Positions 50,470 through 64,000 of a stretch of DNA of 64,000 nt are shown here, piece by piece. A model generated the notes under the pieces. It made no database searches. It was given only the letters and a program-made list of their open reading frames with translations, and had not been told where the DNA came from. The stretch is taken from NCBI RefSeq assembly GCF_001194135.2, contig NC_068981.1:98132777-98196776 (forward strand), written 5' to 3'. This DNA comes from Octopus bimaculoides (taxonomy: Eukaryota). The position numbers were made by a program, and so were the translations under genes. How positions within the stretch are numbered: position 1 is the first letter of the stretch; the number at the start of each line of letters is the position of its first letter.

Positions 50470-51060
50470 TTTGTGTTGCATAGACTGATACAGTGGTCCT
50501 CAATAAAGTCTTCTCAGTGCACTCTGCATGTAAACGGAACATCACTGAGACAAGTGGAGAAGTTTAAGTATCTCAAGGTCATATTCGTCAGTGATGAAAT
50601 ACAGGAGGTTGAATTGGATGTTAGAATTGCCAGTGCTGGCACAGTAATGCACCAGCATCAGCATTCAATCCTCAGAGGAGGAGAGGTTGGTAAAAAAAAA
50701 CCAAATTTGCTATCTTTGATTTGATTTTCATACTTATCCTCACCTAAGATCACGGTAGTTGTATAACAACCAAACGTACGATTTTGAATACAAGCAACTG
50801 AAATAGAGTTCTTTCAAAGGATCTCTAGAGTAACATTAGTTAACAGGGTGCATAGCTCAGAGATTAGGGAGTCTCTCCAAGTCAAACTGTTATCCATAAT
50901 CTCAGTCGGTCATGCTTGGGAATCCAACTGGAAAGTCTGAAAAGGGTTGCTTCTGACAGGACCCTATAGAGGAAGTGTATAACTCTACCCCAACAACCAA
51001 CCCAGGAGTAGGGGATGGAGAGGATGGATGGATGAACAACGAATTGAAGTGGCATGTAAA
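50470..51060 (+). mobile_element. RTE-clade (Expander/Rex3-like) LINE 3' fragment
   Basis: CTLHVNGTSLRQVEKFKYLKVIFVSDE..EVELDVRIASAGTVM; ends GGATGGATGGATG. Confidence 0.75.
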
Positions 51061-51089
51061 CAAATATAAGTTGGGCATACTACTTTTTA

Positions 51090-51495
51090 TGAGTACAAGT
51101 ATGGCTGTGTGGTTAAGAAGCTTGCTTTGCAACCATATGGTTTCAAGTTCAGTCTCACTGTGCAGCACTTTGAGTAAAATGTCTTTTATTATAGCCCCAG
51201 GCTGACTGATGCTGTGTGAGTGGATCTGGTAGATAGAAACTGTGTGGAAGCCTGTTGTGTGTATGTATGTATGTGTCTATGTTTGCCTTCCATACCACTG
51301 TTAAACAACCAATGTTGATTTGGTTACATCTCCCATAACTTAGCAGTTCAGCAAAAGAGATTGATACAATAAGTATCAGACTTTAAAAAAAATAAGTACT
51401 AGGGTTGATTTGCTCAGCTGAACTCTTCAAGTTGATGCCCCAGCATGGCAGCAGTCCAATGACTAAAACAAGTAAAAGATAAAATGATAAAAGAC
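51090..51495 (+). mobile_element. SINE A1
   Basis: Complete head to AAACAAGTAAAAG tail. Confidence 0.85.
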
Positions 51496-52079
51496 ATAGA
51501 GTTTGAAAATTTCATATCAAAAAAACGTCAGTTGTTATTGATTTACTTATGTCTTATAACCTTTATGAACACTAGAAATACATAAATAGAGCTAAAATAT
51601 CCAAGATTATGATCTAAAAATAACTATATTGTCAGTTTTGTGATCCAGAGTAAAGAAAGAAAAAAATATTTTTCCAGAGAATTTGTTCACTGCAAGTTTA
51701 AAAACAGAATCCAAGCTATATACTTAACAGAATTCACTTTCCAAGCATATATGATATGTATACTTGTTATTCAATTTTAGAATCTATGTTAAAAATCACC
51801 AAAATACAGCAATGATGAGATAACATTAGGTGGCAATGAGGAAATTTTCTGTTTCTTTTCAAAATTACTAAAGTGTAAGGCAAGAGGTAAACTTGAACAA
51901 AAGTGCTTTCTTTACTCAAAGGTTACATTGTAAGGACAAAACATTCTTCTATTCAACACTCAAGACTCAAAAGAAAACAAAATACATTCACTGTGTATGT
52001 CCTTTTGACTTCTGTGGTTTTTCCTGTTTTTGTTTTTATTTTTGATTTGTGTATATTAAGGGTAAAGAGTAAAGGCCCC

Positions 52080-52406
52080 CTTTGGTAATGAATAACCATG
52101 GGATTACACCTAGAAAGTTACCTTCCAAGACACAAGTCCAGGCATGGTTGCTTATGAAAGACCAGCAGTTGCCCATGCATAACAGTCTCCCCTCCCAGCA
52201 CCACCAATGTTATCCAAGGGAAAGGCAAAGGTCAATACAGCTTGGCACCAATGACATTGCAATTCATTTCTGCAGCTGAGTGAACTGGAGTCACATGAAA
52301 TAAAGTGTCTTGCTAAAGAACACAACACATAGCCTGATCTCCAGGAATTGAATTCACTACCTCATGATTGTGAGCCCGATGTACTAAACACTGACCCATT
52401 GCATTG

Positions 52407-52410
<4 letters not shown>
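52080..52410 (-). mobile_element. SINE E
   Basis: Reverse complement of the 19330-19600 family. Confidence 0.75.
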
Positions 52411-52454
<44 letters not shown>

Positions 52455-52673
52455 GTTGGCATTTGTAACATAATAAAAAGTTCATATTCAGAATTATGAT
52501 GAAATTTATTTAGATATAAAAACTTCCAAGCAGGTGGCTTTGCATTCTGGAAATGCAGTGACTCAGATCCATAATCAGTAAAGAAAAGATTTAACCTTAA
52601 TTTATATAAGTGAGAGAAGAAGCGCCTATATGAAACCATGGTAAAATGTTATTGTAAAATATGCTTAATTTAA

Positions 52674-52894
52674 CCCTTTAGCATTTAAACTGACCATATC
52701 CAGCCAAAATATTCTGCCTCTTTTTATGTTCAAACTGATCAGATCCAACATCTTACATGCACCCAATAATGTCATTCTAAAAATAAACAATTACATCATT
52801 AAAATCTCAGAGCTATGAGATAATTGATGATTAATTCAAAACAATGTGAATAAATAAGTGTTATATTTGACAAAACAATGTGAATGCTAAAGAG
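52674..52894. mobile_element. TTAA-type MITE family P2
   Basis: TTAA|CCCTTTAGCATTTAAAC...TGCTAAAGAG|TTAA. Confidence 0.8.
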
Positions 52895-52970
52895 TTAAGA
52901 TAAATATTATAAGTTTAGAATAAAAAATATCATTAAAATACAAAAATTAAAAGTCTCGTTTTTGTATTAC

Positions 52971-53059
52971 CTGGCTTTATTTAAAACAGAATACTATTTA
53001 AGCCTACAGTCTTTTGCCTAACCTAAAATAATTCCAGTTCATTTCTTGTTCATGGAACC
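52971..53059 (-). other. Candidate exon (stops in all frames; phase 0 reads GSMNKK*)
   Basis: Acceptor TGTTTTAGTTTTCAG|, donor CAG|GTAATA. Confidence 0.45.
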
Positions 53060-54260
53060 CTGAAAACTAAAACATTTGGTTGCTTATTGTATCAATACAG
53101 AGAGACATATCATGACATCAACACACACACACTGTTATTCGCCAACAAACACACAGACATACATACTGTTCGAGAAAGAAAGGAACAAATCATCCCATTT
53201 TAATCTACACTACCTTAAAGAAAGAAACAAACAAACAAACAAACAAGGAAAGAAAGGATGAAAGGAAGGAGAGAAACAAAGAAACAAAGGAAGAAAGAAA
53301 CAAAGGAAGAAAGAAACAAACAAACAAAGAGATTGCTGTAGATATATTTTTCTCTTCCAAAAGACTTTCCTATAAATATTCATATTTTTCTTTTCTATTT
53401 ACTATTTCTAACAACTTGTTTTAATAAGAAATGTCAGCAGTTTTTCTTCTCAGGGGCTCTCTGAAAGGGTGGGTGTTTACTTTGTTAGAAATAGACATTT
53501 ACTACGTTTAAAAAAATAAATAAATAAATAAAGAGCAGGTTTTTGTTTTTATTTTTTGATAAGGAAAATGGAAGTGTTTTCATGGGCTATTATCAAAATA
53601 CTTTGCTATGTCATTCATCTAATAATACATAAGCTCAATGTCATGCTCAAGAAATAGCTTTCCTAGGAATAATGAGTTCACAATGACATGTTGTTTGCAA
53701 TCAACTATCTTGGTACATTATCTCTACAGATATCCATGCACTTCACACTGGTCTTCACTAAACTTTACATCCTTGCCAGACCTGGGACAAATACAAATGC
53801 AATGGAGAAGGCCATAATTTTGCAAAAGAAGTGTCTCATGTATTTATTGTTACTTGGAAACAGGTGAGGGTTGGCAAGAGGAAGGGCATCCAGTTGTAGA
53901 AAAGCTATCACAACAAATCTCATTTGAGCCATGCAAGCATGGAGAAGTGGGCATTGATTATGATGATGATGATGATCTAAGCTCCATAAAATTATCCAGC
54001 ATGTACTATTTTATGATTCCTCTTAGCAAATGAAACATGTGTAATGGTGGATGATACTGAAAAATTTTTCCAGATTCCTGTTTTGCTACATAATAAACTC
54101 TGGAAACAATATTTCCATAATTTTCATCTTTAATATGTATCTCACATCAATACAACAATGATAATAACTACATACTGGATTGTAATACCAGATTAAGCAG
54201 ATGTGCTTCAAGAGGATACAGCTTGGATTTTTTTTCCCTACCTAGTGAGTGTATACATAT

Positions 54261-54311
<51 letters not shown>

Positions 54312-54802
54312 CCTAGGTTATCATGGCCTCCTTTCCCAACGGGGTTATTGAAATGTCAGTAATATTTTAAAAAATGAAATAAAAAAAGCAATGTGTGTAT
54401 TCAATACAAATAATAAATACATTATGTTTGAAATATTAAATTTCCATGGAATTATAATGATTTTCATTCGACAAATTGACCACTAACAGTATTCTTTATT
54501 TCCTGAGAAATGCAACATATTCTTTTAGCATATTTTAGAATATATAAATTAGTACTATTTCAAAAATTTCATGATTATATTACTTGTGTAAATCTGTAAT
54601 TACACAAATGTGTAATTGCTGTTACTAAAAAACTTCAATTCACATGAATTTATTGTCAGTAAAAAATGATATAATTTGTTATTTGATTCAATCTCTATAC
54701 CAGCTGTGACAATAATATAGTATCAGATAATAATACTAATCTATTTATTACAATTTCAACCTCAAATTGTATTTTACTCTTTCTCTTTCCTTCAATATAA
54801 GC

Positions 54803-56420
54803 CCTTGGTTCCCAAACTTTTTCAAAATTTGCGTCCTACAGATCCCCACCCACTTTCTTGAGGCATCACAGACCCCCACCCCAAAATGAAAAAATCAGAG
54901 AAGACAAACAAAGCAAAATGACCTTCTTATATAAAATAATTTTTCATGCGATAAAATTTTACTGGTAAAATAAAAAATTTCAATGAGAGGAGTGAACTTG
55001 TTTGGTCTGTAATATGTCCTCAATATTAGGCTGTGTTTTTGATAATGCGACCTTCATGTCATGCACAACATCTAGTTTATTGCTAGCTCTTGTTTTAATT
55101 GCAAGTAAAGTTGCAAAAGCTGTCTCACATTCGTACATTGTTGTGAATGGAACGATGAATTTGAAGGCCAATTTGGTGACATCTGGATAGGACTGCGTCA
55201 TTTCAATCCAGAATTCACTGCAACACATGTTATGGAAGGCATTTTTTGCACCTCCATCATTCAACAAGTCGAACTGTTCTCGAATGACATAATCTTCTGA
55301 TGGTCAACAACAGAGATTGCAAACAGAATGGTAATGAAATGATGAACTTTTTTGAAGTTTTGTATGTCGGAGAAGTATCTTTGAATTTCAGTGTGAAGAA
55401 TTAAGACATGCTGTTACATTATGTCAAGGATGTCAACATCAACTCGATGGTCATCTTTATCAAGGAAAGTATTGAGGTTTGGAAATGGTGCAAAATTCTC
55501 ACATTCCAATTTAGAATGCCACAAATGGAGCTTCATTTTAAATGAAGTCATTTTTTTCATGACAGTGGACAACAGTGATGTTCTTTCCTTGTAGTGCTAA
55601 GTTAACAGAATTAACTGATTCAAAAATGTCAACCAAAAAGGAGAGACATATAAGGAACTGATTATTGGAGAATTGTCTGTGCAGTCCTTTTTTAGTACCA
55701 TGAAGAAATTTGTGGATCTCCTTTCATGGAACGAAGACTCTTTTCAGTACTCTCCCCTTGGATAACCACCTCACATGTGAGTTCAGTAAAAGCATTTCAA
55801 AATCGGAGCCATTGTCCTAGCACAAGTCAGCAAAAAGACGCGAGTTTAGAGAATTGGATTTTAATAAAATTTACCACTTTGACCACATCATTCAAAACAT
55901 TCTTCATATGGTCAGGCATTGTTTTAACCATCAATTGCTTGGCGAGGAAGTGTACAATGCGTACCAAATGCATTAGGAGACTATTGTCTGAAAATCAGAG
56001 TGGCAACCAAGCATTGTTGGAGCACCATCAGTACACACACCAACAATGTACTCCCAGTTTATGCTATGCATGTTCAAGAATTGATCTACTTTCTGGAATA
56101 TATTGTTTGCAGTGGTTCGGGTTGAGGGTTTCGCAAAAAAGGAATTCATCTTCCAGGCACTTGTTATGCACAAAACATACATAAACACAAAGTTGTGCTA
56201 AATCCACCGCATCAGTGGTTTCATCAATTGGGATGGTAACAGTTAAACATTGATGTTTTTATCTTTGAGATGACCTGAGACAAGATATTATCAGACAACT
56301 TAGCAATTCATCAACTGACAGTGTTGTTGGAAAGTGAAACATGTTTAAGCATCTTTTTACAAGAAAGGTAACCCTATCAGCCATCAATTACAAGTTAAAA
56401 CAGAAATTTCCATCTTCAAC
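54803..56420 (-). mobile_element. Defective hAT transposon of Buster/Charlie type
   Basis: End CCTTGGTTCCCAAACTT. Motifs VGVCTDGAPTMLG, VNFIK, VRWLSKG, and C-terminal FTTMYECETAF...VALSKTQPNIEDILQTKQVHSSH; many frameshifts. Confidence 0.85.
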
Positions 56421-56429
56421 CTACTGCCT

Positions 56430-56880
56430 TCCTCTCTAACTCTGTTCTTCATTAAGTGGCCACAATCAAGATGAATTTCTTCACCCAAGGTATCTCAGTA
56501 CTCCATTAGCTTCAGTAGGTCCTCAATTACATGATGCATTTCTGCCAATAATATTAATGTAGTTGAGTGTGCTTTCTCCTCTGCAAGGGTAAAAAGCCTC
56601 CAAGTCATAACATGTGATAAGGCTGGCTGTGTTCAGCATGCTAGAAGTGGCCAGCAAAGCCTACAATATATTGAGCAACAAAAGTGTGCATACAGTCAAG
56701 GAAACCATGAAGTTCCTTCTTCATGGTCCAGGTTTCTGCTCATAGAGAAGAAGGCTCTCTACACATGCTCTGAAAAAGAACAGCCATGTTAACTTTGAAA
56801 TACCTGATTGCCAGATACTGTGAAGTTTATTACAGGTACTCCAAGCTTATACCTTGCAGACCAGCACTAACATAATGTTG
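56430..56880 (-). mobile_element. RTE LINE remnant
   Basis: VESLLLYE(A)ETWTMKK-like motif on the minus strand. Confidence 0.55.
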
Positions 56881-56944
56881 TTCAAATAGTATGCCATATA
56901 ATTACATTAGACATTATAGGTGCAAATATAAAAATGGTTCACAC

Positions 56945-57420
56945 ATAGGTGCAGGTAGGGCTGTATGGTTAAGAAGTTTGCTTTCTCAACCACTTGGTTT
57001 CCTTCTCAGACCCATTGCATAACAGACTTTGAAGTGGATTTGGTAGACGAAAACTGGAAGAAAACAGCTGAATGTGTGTGTGACCTTTGGAGTGGATTTG
57101 GTAGGGGGGAACTGGAAGAAACCTGGAGAGAGAGAGAGAGAGATAGAGTGTGTGTGTGTGTGTGCGTATGTGAGTGTATATGCTCGTATCTCCTTGTCTT
57201 GACATCACATAATTGCTGTAAATGTCGTAGAAGCAATGTCATTCATTTTCAATATTCTGCAAAAAGATGTAAGGCTACAGGGAAATATTACCTTGCTTGG
57301 AAACAGGTGAGAGGTACTAACAAGAAAAGCAGCTGGTTGAAGAAAATCTGCCTCAACAAATTCCATCCAACCAATGTGAACATGAAAAAGTGGATGTTAA
57401 AACGACGATGATGAATGGTG
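56945..57420 (+). mobile_element. SINE A2 with (GA)n(TG)n centre
   Basis: Head and ATGAAAAAGTGGATGTTAAAACGACGATG tail. Confidence 0.8.
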
Positions 57421-59269
57421 ATATAATACAGACGTTGAAAAACTGTGGTCAACAAAGAATATCCAAGCAATTAGTAGACAACAATTCCCTCTAAGGATGT
57501 TTGAAATCTAAAAACAATATGTAAGACAGATAACTCAATAAGATCAGTTGTTTGGACAATACAGAAAACTCAGAATGGAATAGATATGGTCTAGAGTAAC
57601 AAACATTAGTCTTGTCAGACAAGCAAGAACCACTAAAAAACTTCTTAACAATAAGCTAAGTTCATTTATTATATGATATGAGAAAACAAAGCCTTGAGTA
57701 CTTGATGACACTTAGAAAACAAAAAGGAAGAAGAAGCTGGGGAAGGCAAAGAGAAAATATATTTGATGGCCTAACTAGCTGGCAATAGAAAGAGTCACCC
57801 AATAACATGCTAAGTTGTGTGTAGGACTGGAGAAGGTGAAAGATTCTGGTCACTAACATGGCATATGGAAGAAGAAAAATCAATCACCTGGTTTAACACC
57901 ACCACATGGTTCTTTGGGTGTTTTTAGCGGACAACTCTGTTGAAAACAGAAGGCCTTGAAAAGTACCATTGGTGCAGCTCTTCCTCTTCTGCTCAAGCCA
58001 TAAAAGAAAAATAAATAAATACAAGGAAAGACAGCTTAATCTATTGCCTTTAGCTTTGAGCTTTCTTCTACTGATTTAGTTGAAGCTTATAATATTTACA
58101 GCTCTAGTTAGTTAATGACAGTATTTTCATTCAGCTAATCTGGTGTAATAAAAACATATTCAGTTAATAATATGCTGATTATAATTTTTCTTAAGTAAGT
58201 TGTAAGCCACAAATTTTCCTTGTCTATTGTTTTTTGTTTTCCTCCACTGAAATGAATAAACTGAACAAATGTCAGCATTGTAACAAATAAAGAACATAAT
58301 CCTTAAATTTCAACAAAACCATAACACTGATGCTCTCAGCCTTTAAAGATGGAACTTAAGATACTAATAACATTCATATCAAAATTTAATCAAAAAGGAA
58401 TGTGCAAAAAACTCATTCTAGATAAAGAAATAATTACAAAAAGAACAAAGTTGTATATAAGCAGAAAACATTAAAATTAATTTAGTATCTAATCCCCAAT
58501 ACAACCCCGAAACTAATTTCAAACATAATCCCTACTGCTAGTTGACAGTTTCTTGAAATTAAAGTATAGTGATTAAATCCATATTTGATGAATATAAGGG
58601 TAAGTTTTTATGCAAAACTAATTTTGTTAGCTCTCCAACATAAGCTATATGACATAAACAAATCACGGTGAACCAAGCTTCATATGAGTATATTTATATT
58701 TTATAACAAATCTCAAAATAGGAGTAAATTATCTGTTCTTGTTTATTATCAATTTCTTATATAGGCTCAATCTCAGAAATTTAGTGGAGGGGAACAATCA
58801 ATCATATCAACCCCAGTACATGAACAAATAACATACTGGTACTTGATTATTTGATCGACTCCAGAAGAATCAAAGACAAGGTTAGCCTCAGCATGATTTA
58901 CCAGGTTTTGTCAAGACCTCAGGTGTTCTCAATTCCCATACTGCTGATTTCCCCCACAAAATCAGGATGACAGCAGCTCATCTGGAAAACGATCCCCATG
59001 AGATGGAGTGGCCATTACAGTGAATGTCGCTGGCCATTTTCCACAGCAATACCTTTGCAATTATGCTTGCAGGGCATATCTGAACACACCATTTGGACTG
59101 GGGAGTACAACCTGTAACTCACTCCCTCACCATCTTTTATTGCTTAATTCCCACATCTTGTTTTTTTCTTTTCCTTTGTTTCCTTGTTGAAGTCATTCTG
59201 GGGTCTGTTCTTGATAATTTAATCTTTTATACTTTTAATTCTTTTTTATTTATTTTCCTTTTCAAGGAA

Positions 59270-60090
59270 ACTTGAAGGAGTCAATGAGAGCTCTACCAAA
59301 GAGGAATGTATCTGTCCTCATGCCTTTCAGCCTTGTCCACCAAACAACCTCTTTTGCCACAGCCACCAGGCAAAGGAAAACTGCCTTGCCTGCCTGATTG
59401 ATGGAGAGTGGCAATGTGATCATCACTACAGACTCGGCCAACAGATGGATCTGTCCCCACATAACAGCAGCTGTTCAACATAACTCCACAAGTCAGCAAT
59501 GCCCAGACACTGAACGAGGGCATGCAGAATGGTTTCATCACTCTGTGCGCACCTCAGACAAGGCCGTCTAACAGCATACCCGTATCTGTAGAGTTTATCT
59601 CAGACTGGGAGTGCCCCTCTCCCACTGGTAACACTGCCAGACCAAGGACATCTGGAAATTATCCATGAAGTTCCCGACCAGAAAGTCCTCCAGAACAGAC
59701 TAACTAGCACCCAGAGTGTGCAACTCTTCTTCACTTCAAACAAAGTCACCATACTAGTCATCAGTCACTTTCAAAGATGACCAAGTTGGTTCTCATTTCT
59801 CTGACAGACAAATATGGACTTATCTTTGTCACTGATATTTCAACAAATTTACAAGCTGGTGGTACTTCTCACTCCGTCCTCATTTTCTCTTTAACTGGTA
59901 ATAAAAGTCAGTGAGGTCTTGGCCAAAGAGAAAATATGTTTTCAGTCTTCCCATTTTTGTCCACCACATGCACACAGTTTACCACAGAGAGAGGAAGATT
60001 GCCAGTTCTTTGTCAAAGAAAAGTAGTGTGGAGCAATGTCCACAATAGACCCAGCTCACGTTAGGCAACAGCTGTATGACATAACTCCAC
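59270..60090 (-). mobile_element. L1/Tx1-like LINE ORF2 C-terminal remnant
   Basis: DETILHALVQC (CCHC knuckle remnant) and AVFLCLVAVAKEVVWWTRLKG. Confidence 0.6.
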
Positions 60091-61183
60091 AAGTTAGCAA
60101 TGATTGTCATTGATGATTTATTGTGTTCAGTAAATGAAACCTAACCATGATGATAATTAGTTATTCAGTAAACAACATCCAGCTGAAAGGAATAGAGAAA
60201 AAAGACAACTGTATATTATCAATGTTGTAAAAGGAAACTATAAACGATGCTGTGCAAAATATGAACTTAAAAACAATGCATTAGGTACACTGGGGATTCC
60301 TGGAGTTTATGTACACAATCTGCACTGGAAGTTGTCAATGTTCTGACAATATTTAATCAATTCTTACAAGACAGCATAGTCAAAGTATCAGATTATAATC
60401 TCAAAACCAGTGGCAGTTAGTTAGTTGTGACTGTGAAGCCAAAGGATAAAATTATTTCTGTAACATTAGCTGCTGCCTAAGCACCATGTTTAAAACACAG
60501 TATGTTACAGCACTGAATTCAGTCTTATAATCAAGGCTGTTGTGGCATGTAGCTGCACTTTCTTTAATTGCGATTAATGAAAATTGGAGCTGGATAGTAG
60601 AATTGTATTGCTAACAAACTAGCATAAACTGGAGAATGAGAGAATAGTAAGAGGAAACAAAAAAGAATTATAAAAGAGAAAGAATTCAAAAAGAGAAAGG
60701 TTTGAAAAAAGACAGTTTGGAGGAGAAAGAGTTGGGAAATTGGAGGGGGGGGGGATAGAAGAGCTCAAAGTGAAATAATACAATACAGATGACAATCAGA
60801 TGGAAAAAAATAATAATTTTGAAGAAATGGTTAATTAGCATCCATCAGAGAATGAAGCATTACCCACTATCCCAAGGGGGCCAAAAACCAAGGTGAAACA
60901 ATAAGTACCATTTAAAGAATTCTGGATTCATACCTTCTGGAAAATATGATGCTGAAGATATATTGTCATGAAGTACAAAAGATAATTCTAGAATGTATAC
61001 ATGTTAAAACATTTGTGAACATGCACATACACACAGATACAAACATTCACAGACACACACACACATGCTTCCTGTTCACACAGATACCATTTATAATACA
61101 TATACTCAAACACTGAAAGTAATCATGGTACATACTCAAAGGTATTCACAAACCATATATATAAATACACACCCATACACACA

Positions 61184-61237
<54 letters not shown>

Positions 61238-61435
61238 TACTTGGGTATACACACAACAATCAATACTTGTATGAGCACGTATGCCAAATAACACACAAAG
61301 ATGCACATGCACAAACACACACACACCTTAAAGATAGTACAGACATTTATTCCCATGTAAGAGAATGGACATTGAGGACATTCATAAGAAGTTTAGTAAC
61401 AACGTGTGCATCAGGGCTGTCACTTTAAATCTTAC

Positions 61436-61496
61436 GCAAACACAGATAATACCAAATGACACAACCGTGCCGACCATCACAAACACCTACAACGAT
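61436..61496 (-). other. Candidate exon; alternative acceptor gives a 51-nt phase 0-0 exon 61436-61486 encoding VFVMVGTVVSFGIICVC
   Basis: Acceptor(s) ...GAAATTCAG|ATCGTTGTAG|GTG, donor TGC|GTAAGA; CpG-containing and more GC-rich than its flanks. Confidence 0.5.
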
Positions 61497-61783
61497 CTGA
61501 ATTTCATAAATAAATAAATACAAACAAATGATGATGATGATGATGATGATAGGCAAGTATAGACTTGTAAAGGAAAATCTGTATGTCAATAATTTAGGTG
61601 TATAGTTATATGTTAGTGTATGTGGATGTACTCACATAGACAAATGTTTATATATTATTGTCATCATCATCATCAACATGTTTTCCATGTTGGCATGGGT
61701 TGGACACACACACACTCAAACATATAACATACAACATACACACACACACACACGTGTGTGTGTGTCTCTATATATATATATAT

Positions 61784-61843
61784 ATATATATAATTTATAT
61801 AAGGGCATTACTATAGTAATGCCCTTATATAAATTATATATAT
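61784..61843. repeat. Perfect ~60-bp palindrome
   Basis: TAATTTATATAAGGGCATTACTA|TAGTAATGCCCTTATATAAATTA core (61791-61836) with TA extensions. Confidence 0.9.
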
Positions 61844-61948
61844 TTATGNNNNNNNNNNNNNNNNNNNNNNNNNNNNNNNNNNNNNNNNNNNNNNNNNNNN
61901 NNNNNNNNNNNNNNNNNNNNNNNNNNNNNNNNNNTATATATATATGTA

Positions 61949-62508
61949 CGAGGTCCAATCAGAATGTATCAGGACTGGTGCCGTAGAAAGAAAACTACAA
62001 CACATATCAATTTGGCATTTAATCTCCTTCGAAGCAGCCCCTAGCTCTCTTCTGAAGTCACACACTTTATCCAGCATTGTCTCCATTGATGGAAACATTC
62101 CTGGAATTCGTCTTTTGGGATAGCAAGCAGCTGCCATGTTACATTCTCTTGGATATTCTTGACATCGTGAAATCTTGTCCCTTTCAACTGAGATTTGATT
62201 TTTGCCTTGGTTTCAGGGTCATAGCCATAGACCCATGATTTATCACCTGTTATGACCATTTTCAAAAAGTTTGTCTTCCTCAACACAATCAAGGACATCC
62301 TGTATAGGTGAAACCCTATCTGCTTTTTGAATGACCACATTTACATGCTCTACTTCAAAATGCTGTTATAAACTATGGAAGAGAGGAAGAACATTATAAC
62401 TTAGTGTGCATGCATGACAAAGTTCAAGGTCAATCTGTGCCAAGCAGCTACACTATGCATACTTTAGCTGTTACCATAACAGACCCAATACTTTATGACC
62501 AAACTTCA
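61949..62508 (-). mobile_element. Internally deleted mariner (irritans-like), ~560 bp
   Basis: TA|CGAGGTCCAATCAGAATGTATCAGGAC and a degenerate partner TIR ending |TA. VITGDKSWVYGYDPETK is fused directly to KIKSQLKGTRF...FHQWRQCWIKCV. Confidence 0.75.
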
Positions 62509-63759
62509 TAAACATAAAAATACACATACACATAAAAATACATATATACATGCATACATACATATATATATACATACACACACACACACACACATATATA
62601 TATGCATATCACACGCACACACATATATACATACAAATGTGTATGTGTATACATATATAACATATATAAACCTTGTGAGTAGATTTGCTAGACAGTAACT
62701 GAAAGAAGTTCTCTGCACACGCGCGTACGTAAAAAACAGAATGGTACCAAAACTCTTTTAACTGATCATTAAACTCTTTGTCTTCTTATTCTGGTTATTT
62801 ATATGTATGAATATTACGTATACACTACATGCATATACATATATACATACACACATTTTTATGTGCACATACATATACATATACTAGCAAGATACTTGGC
62901 ATTGTCCAGATTAAAAAGTAGCAATAAATGACCCAGAGTTGTTCTTAATAAGAACTTGTTTTAATAGAAAGCTACTGGACTCCTCTTGAAAAGTTATCTT
63001 TCATGTAAGAAATGAAATTGTTTGCCAACACAATCTTCTACACTGTGTTGCAGATATGCACTCAATGATCTTAATACATTTTGTAATTTAATTATAGAAA
63101 TGACATGTGTCTAATTCAAGCATATTAAGTTAGAACACAGGATTAAATAAATATGAAAACATTTTTATTTCAGTTGAAACCTATTGAACATGATATAATT
63201 CTAATTTATTCTTGAAATTATTTGAAAAATGAGGAGGAAGTGGGGTATTGAAAAGTAAACCACACATGGAAATAAAATCTTTCTTATCACACATGAAATC
63301 TGTGGTGCTCTGAGGAAACACACACATCTAAATATTACGGCTACAATACATGCTGTGATAAAGAAATGATATCATGGGATGCGATGATCTCCAGCCTCTA
63401 TGCTGTTAGATCTGTTCACATGCCAGCCTAGGGGATTCTAAATATCTTTATGTTAGCCCCTCAGGATATACAATGTTTGTGGGTCTTTACTAACAGAGCA
63501 TAAAACAGAGATTGTAGCACTGCCTACTCTTGAGCATCCTACAAAAAACTGGTTATTAGCAAGGCAGTATACCCCAAGACGCAATCCAGAATAGTAGTCT
63601 CAGTGACATATACCATAAGCTTTTCAACCATTTCCTTGTCGTTGCATAACCACAACTGATCTAAAGTTTGCAGCAACATTATTGGGGAATCTTTTGTTTT
63701 AATGGAAGTCTACAGATATGACAGTTCTAATAACTGGCAATCCATCAGTTACAACAACG

Positions 63760-64000
63760 AGGGTTCCAGTTGATCCAATCGATGGAATAGCTAGTTCATG
63801 AAATTAATGTGTAACTGGCTGAGCACTCCACAGACATGCATACACTTAACATAGTTCTCAGGGAGATTCAGTGTGACTCAGAATGTGGCAAAGCTGGCCC
63901 TTTGAGATACTTGCTCAAGGACACAACACGCTGCTGGGGATCGAACTCATGACCTTAAGAACATGAACTGATTACCCTAACCACTAAGCCACACATAGCA
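63760..64000 (-). mobile_element. Partial SINE B body and tRNA-like head
   Basis: GAGGGTTCCAGTTGATCCAATC...GGCTGAGCACTCCACAGAC; GGGATCGAACTC...CTAACCACTAAGCC. Confidence 0.7.

Noticed and set aside
56700-56770. Strong minus-strand acceptor and 9-bp hairpin
   Set aside because: Sequence translates to an RTE ORF2 motif; it is LINE debris.
62884-62915. Third Helitron 3' terminus (CTAGCAAGATACTTGGCATTGTCC)
   Set aside because: Only ~30 bp match; the interior does not align to the other copies, so the extent cannot be supported.

Overview
AT-rich metazoan draft-assembly DNA with eight N-gaps. The SINE and microsatellite content is most consistent with an octopus genome; this is inference from recalled repeat families, not a search. 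I recognise no intact protein-coding gene, and nearly every ORF in the supplied track is a microsatellite, N-gap, SINE or TE artefact. Much of the window is repeats: at least five SINE families (labelled A-E here), RTE, Tx1 and HERO LINE fossils, a Helitron with both termini, and DNA transposons (a near-complete but dead DD34D mariner, DD37D maT, an irritans-like mariner derivative, Tigger, Buster-type hAT, Chapaev3-like, TTAA MITEs). The unique sequence carries several well-formed minus-strand splice-site pairs, suggesting one long-intron transcript (multi-exon leader or lncRNA, or an unidentified membrane-protein gene). The most interesting signals are: (i) a minimal type I hammerhead-ribozyme motif inside a ~243-bp hairpin-rich element closed by a perfect 26-bp inverted repeat (43918-44160), with a second decayed hammerhead at 31537-31580; (ii) a young ~175-bp fold-back duplication with junction microhomology (24181-24597); (iii) tandem-acceptor exons that could switch between coding and non-coding readings. 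The hammerhead resembles known Penelope/retrozyme biology; I cannot claim a new system from this window alone.
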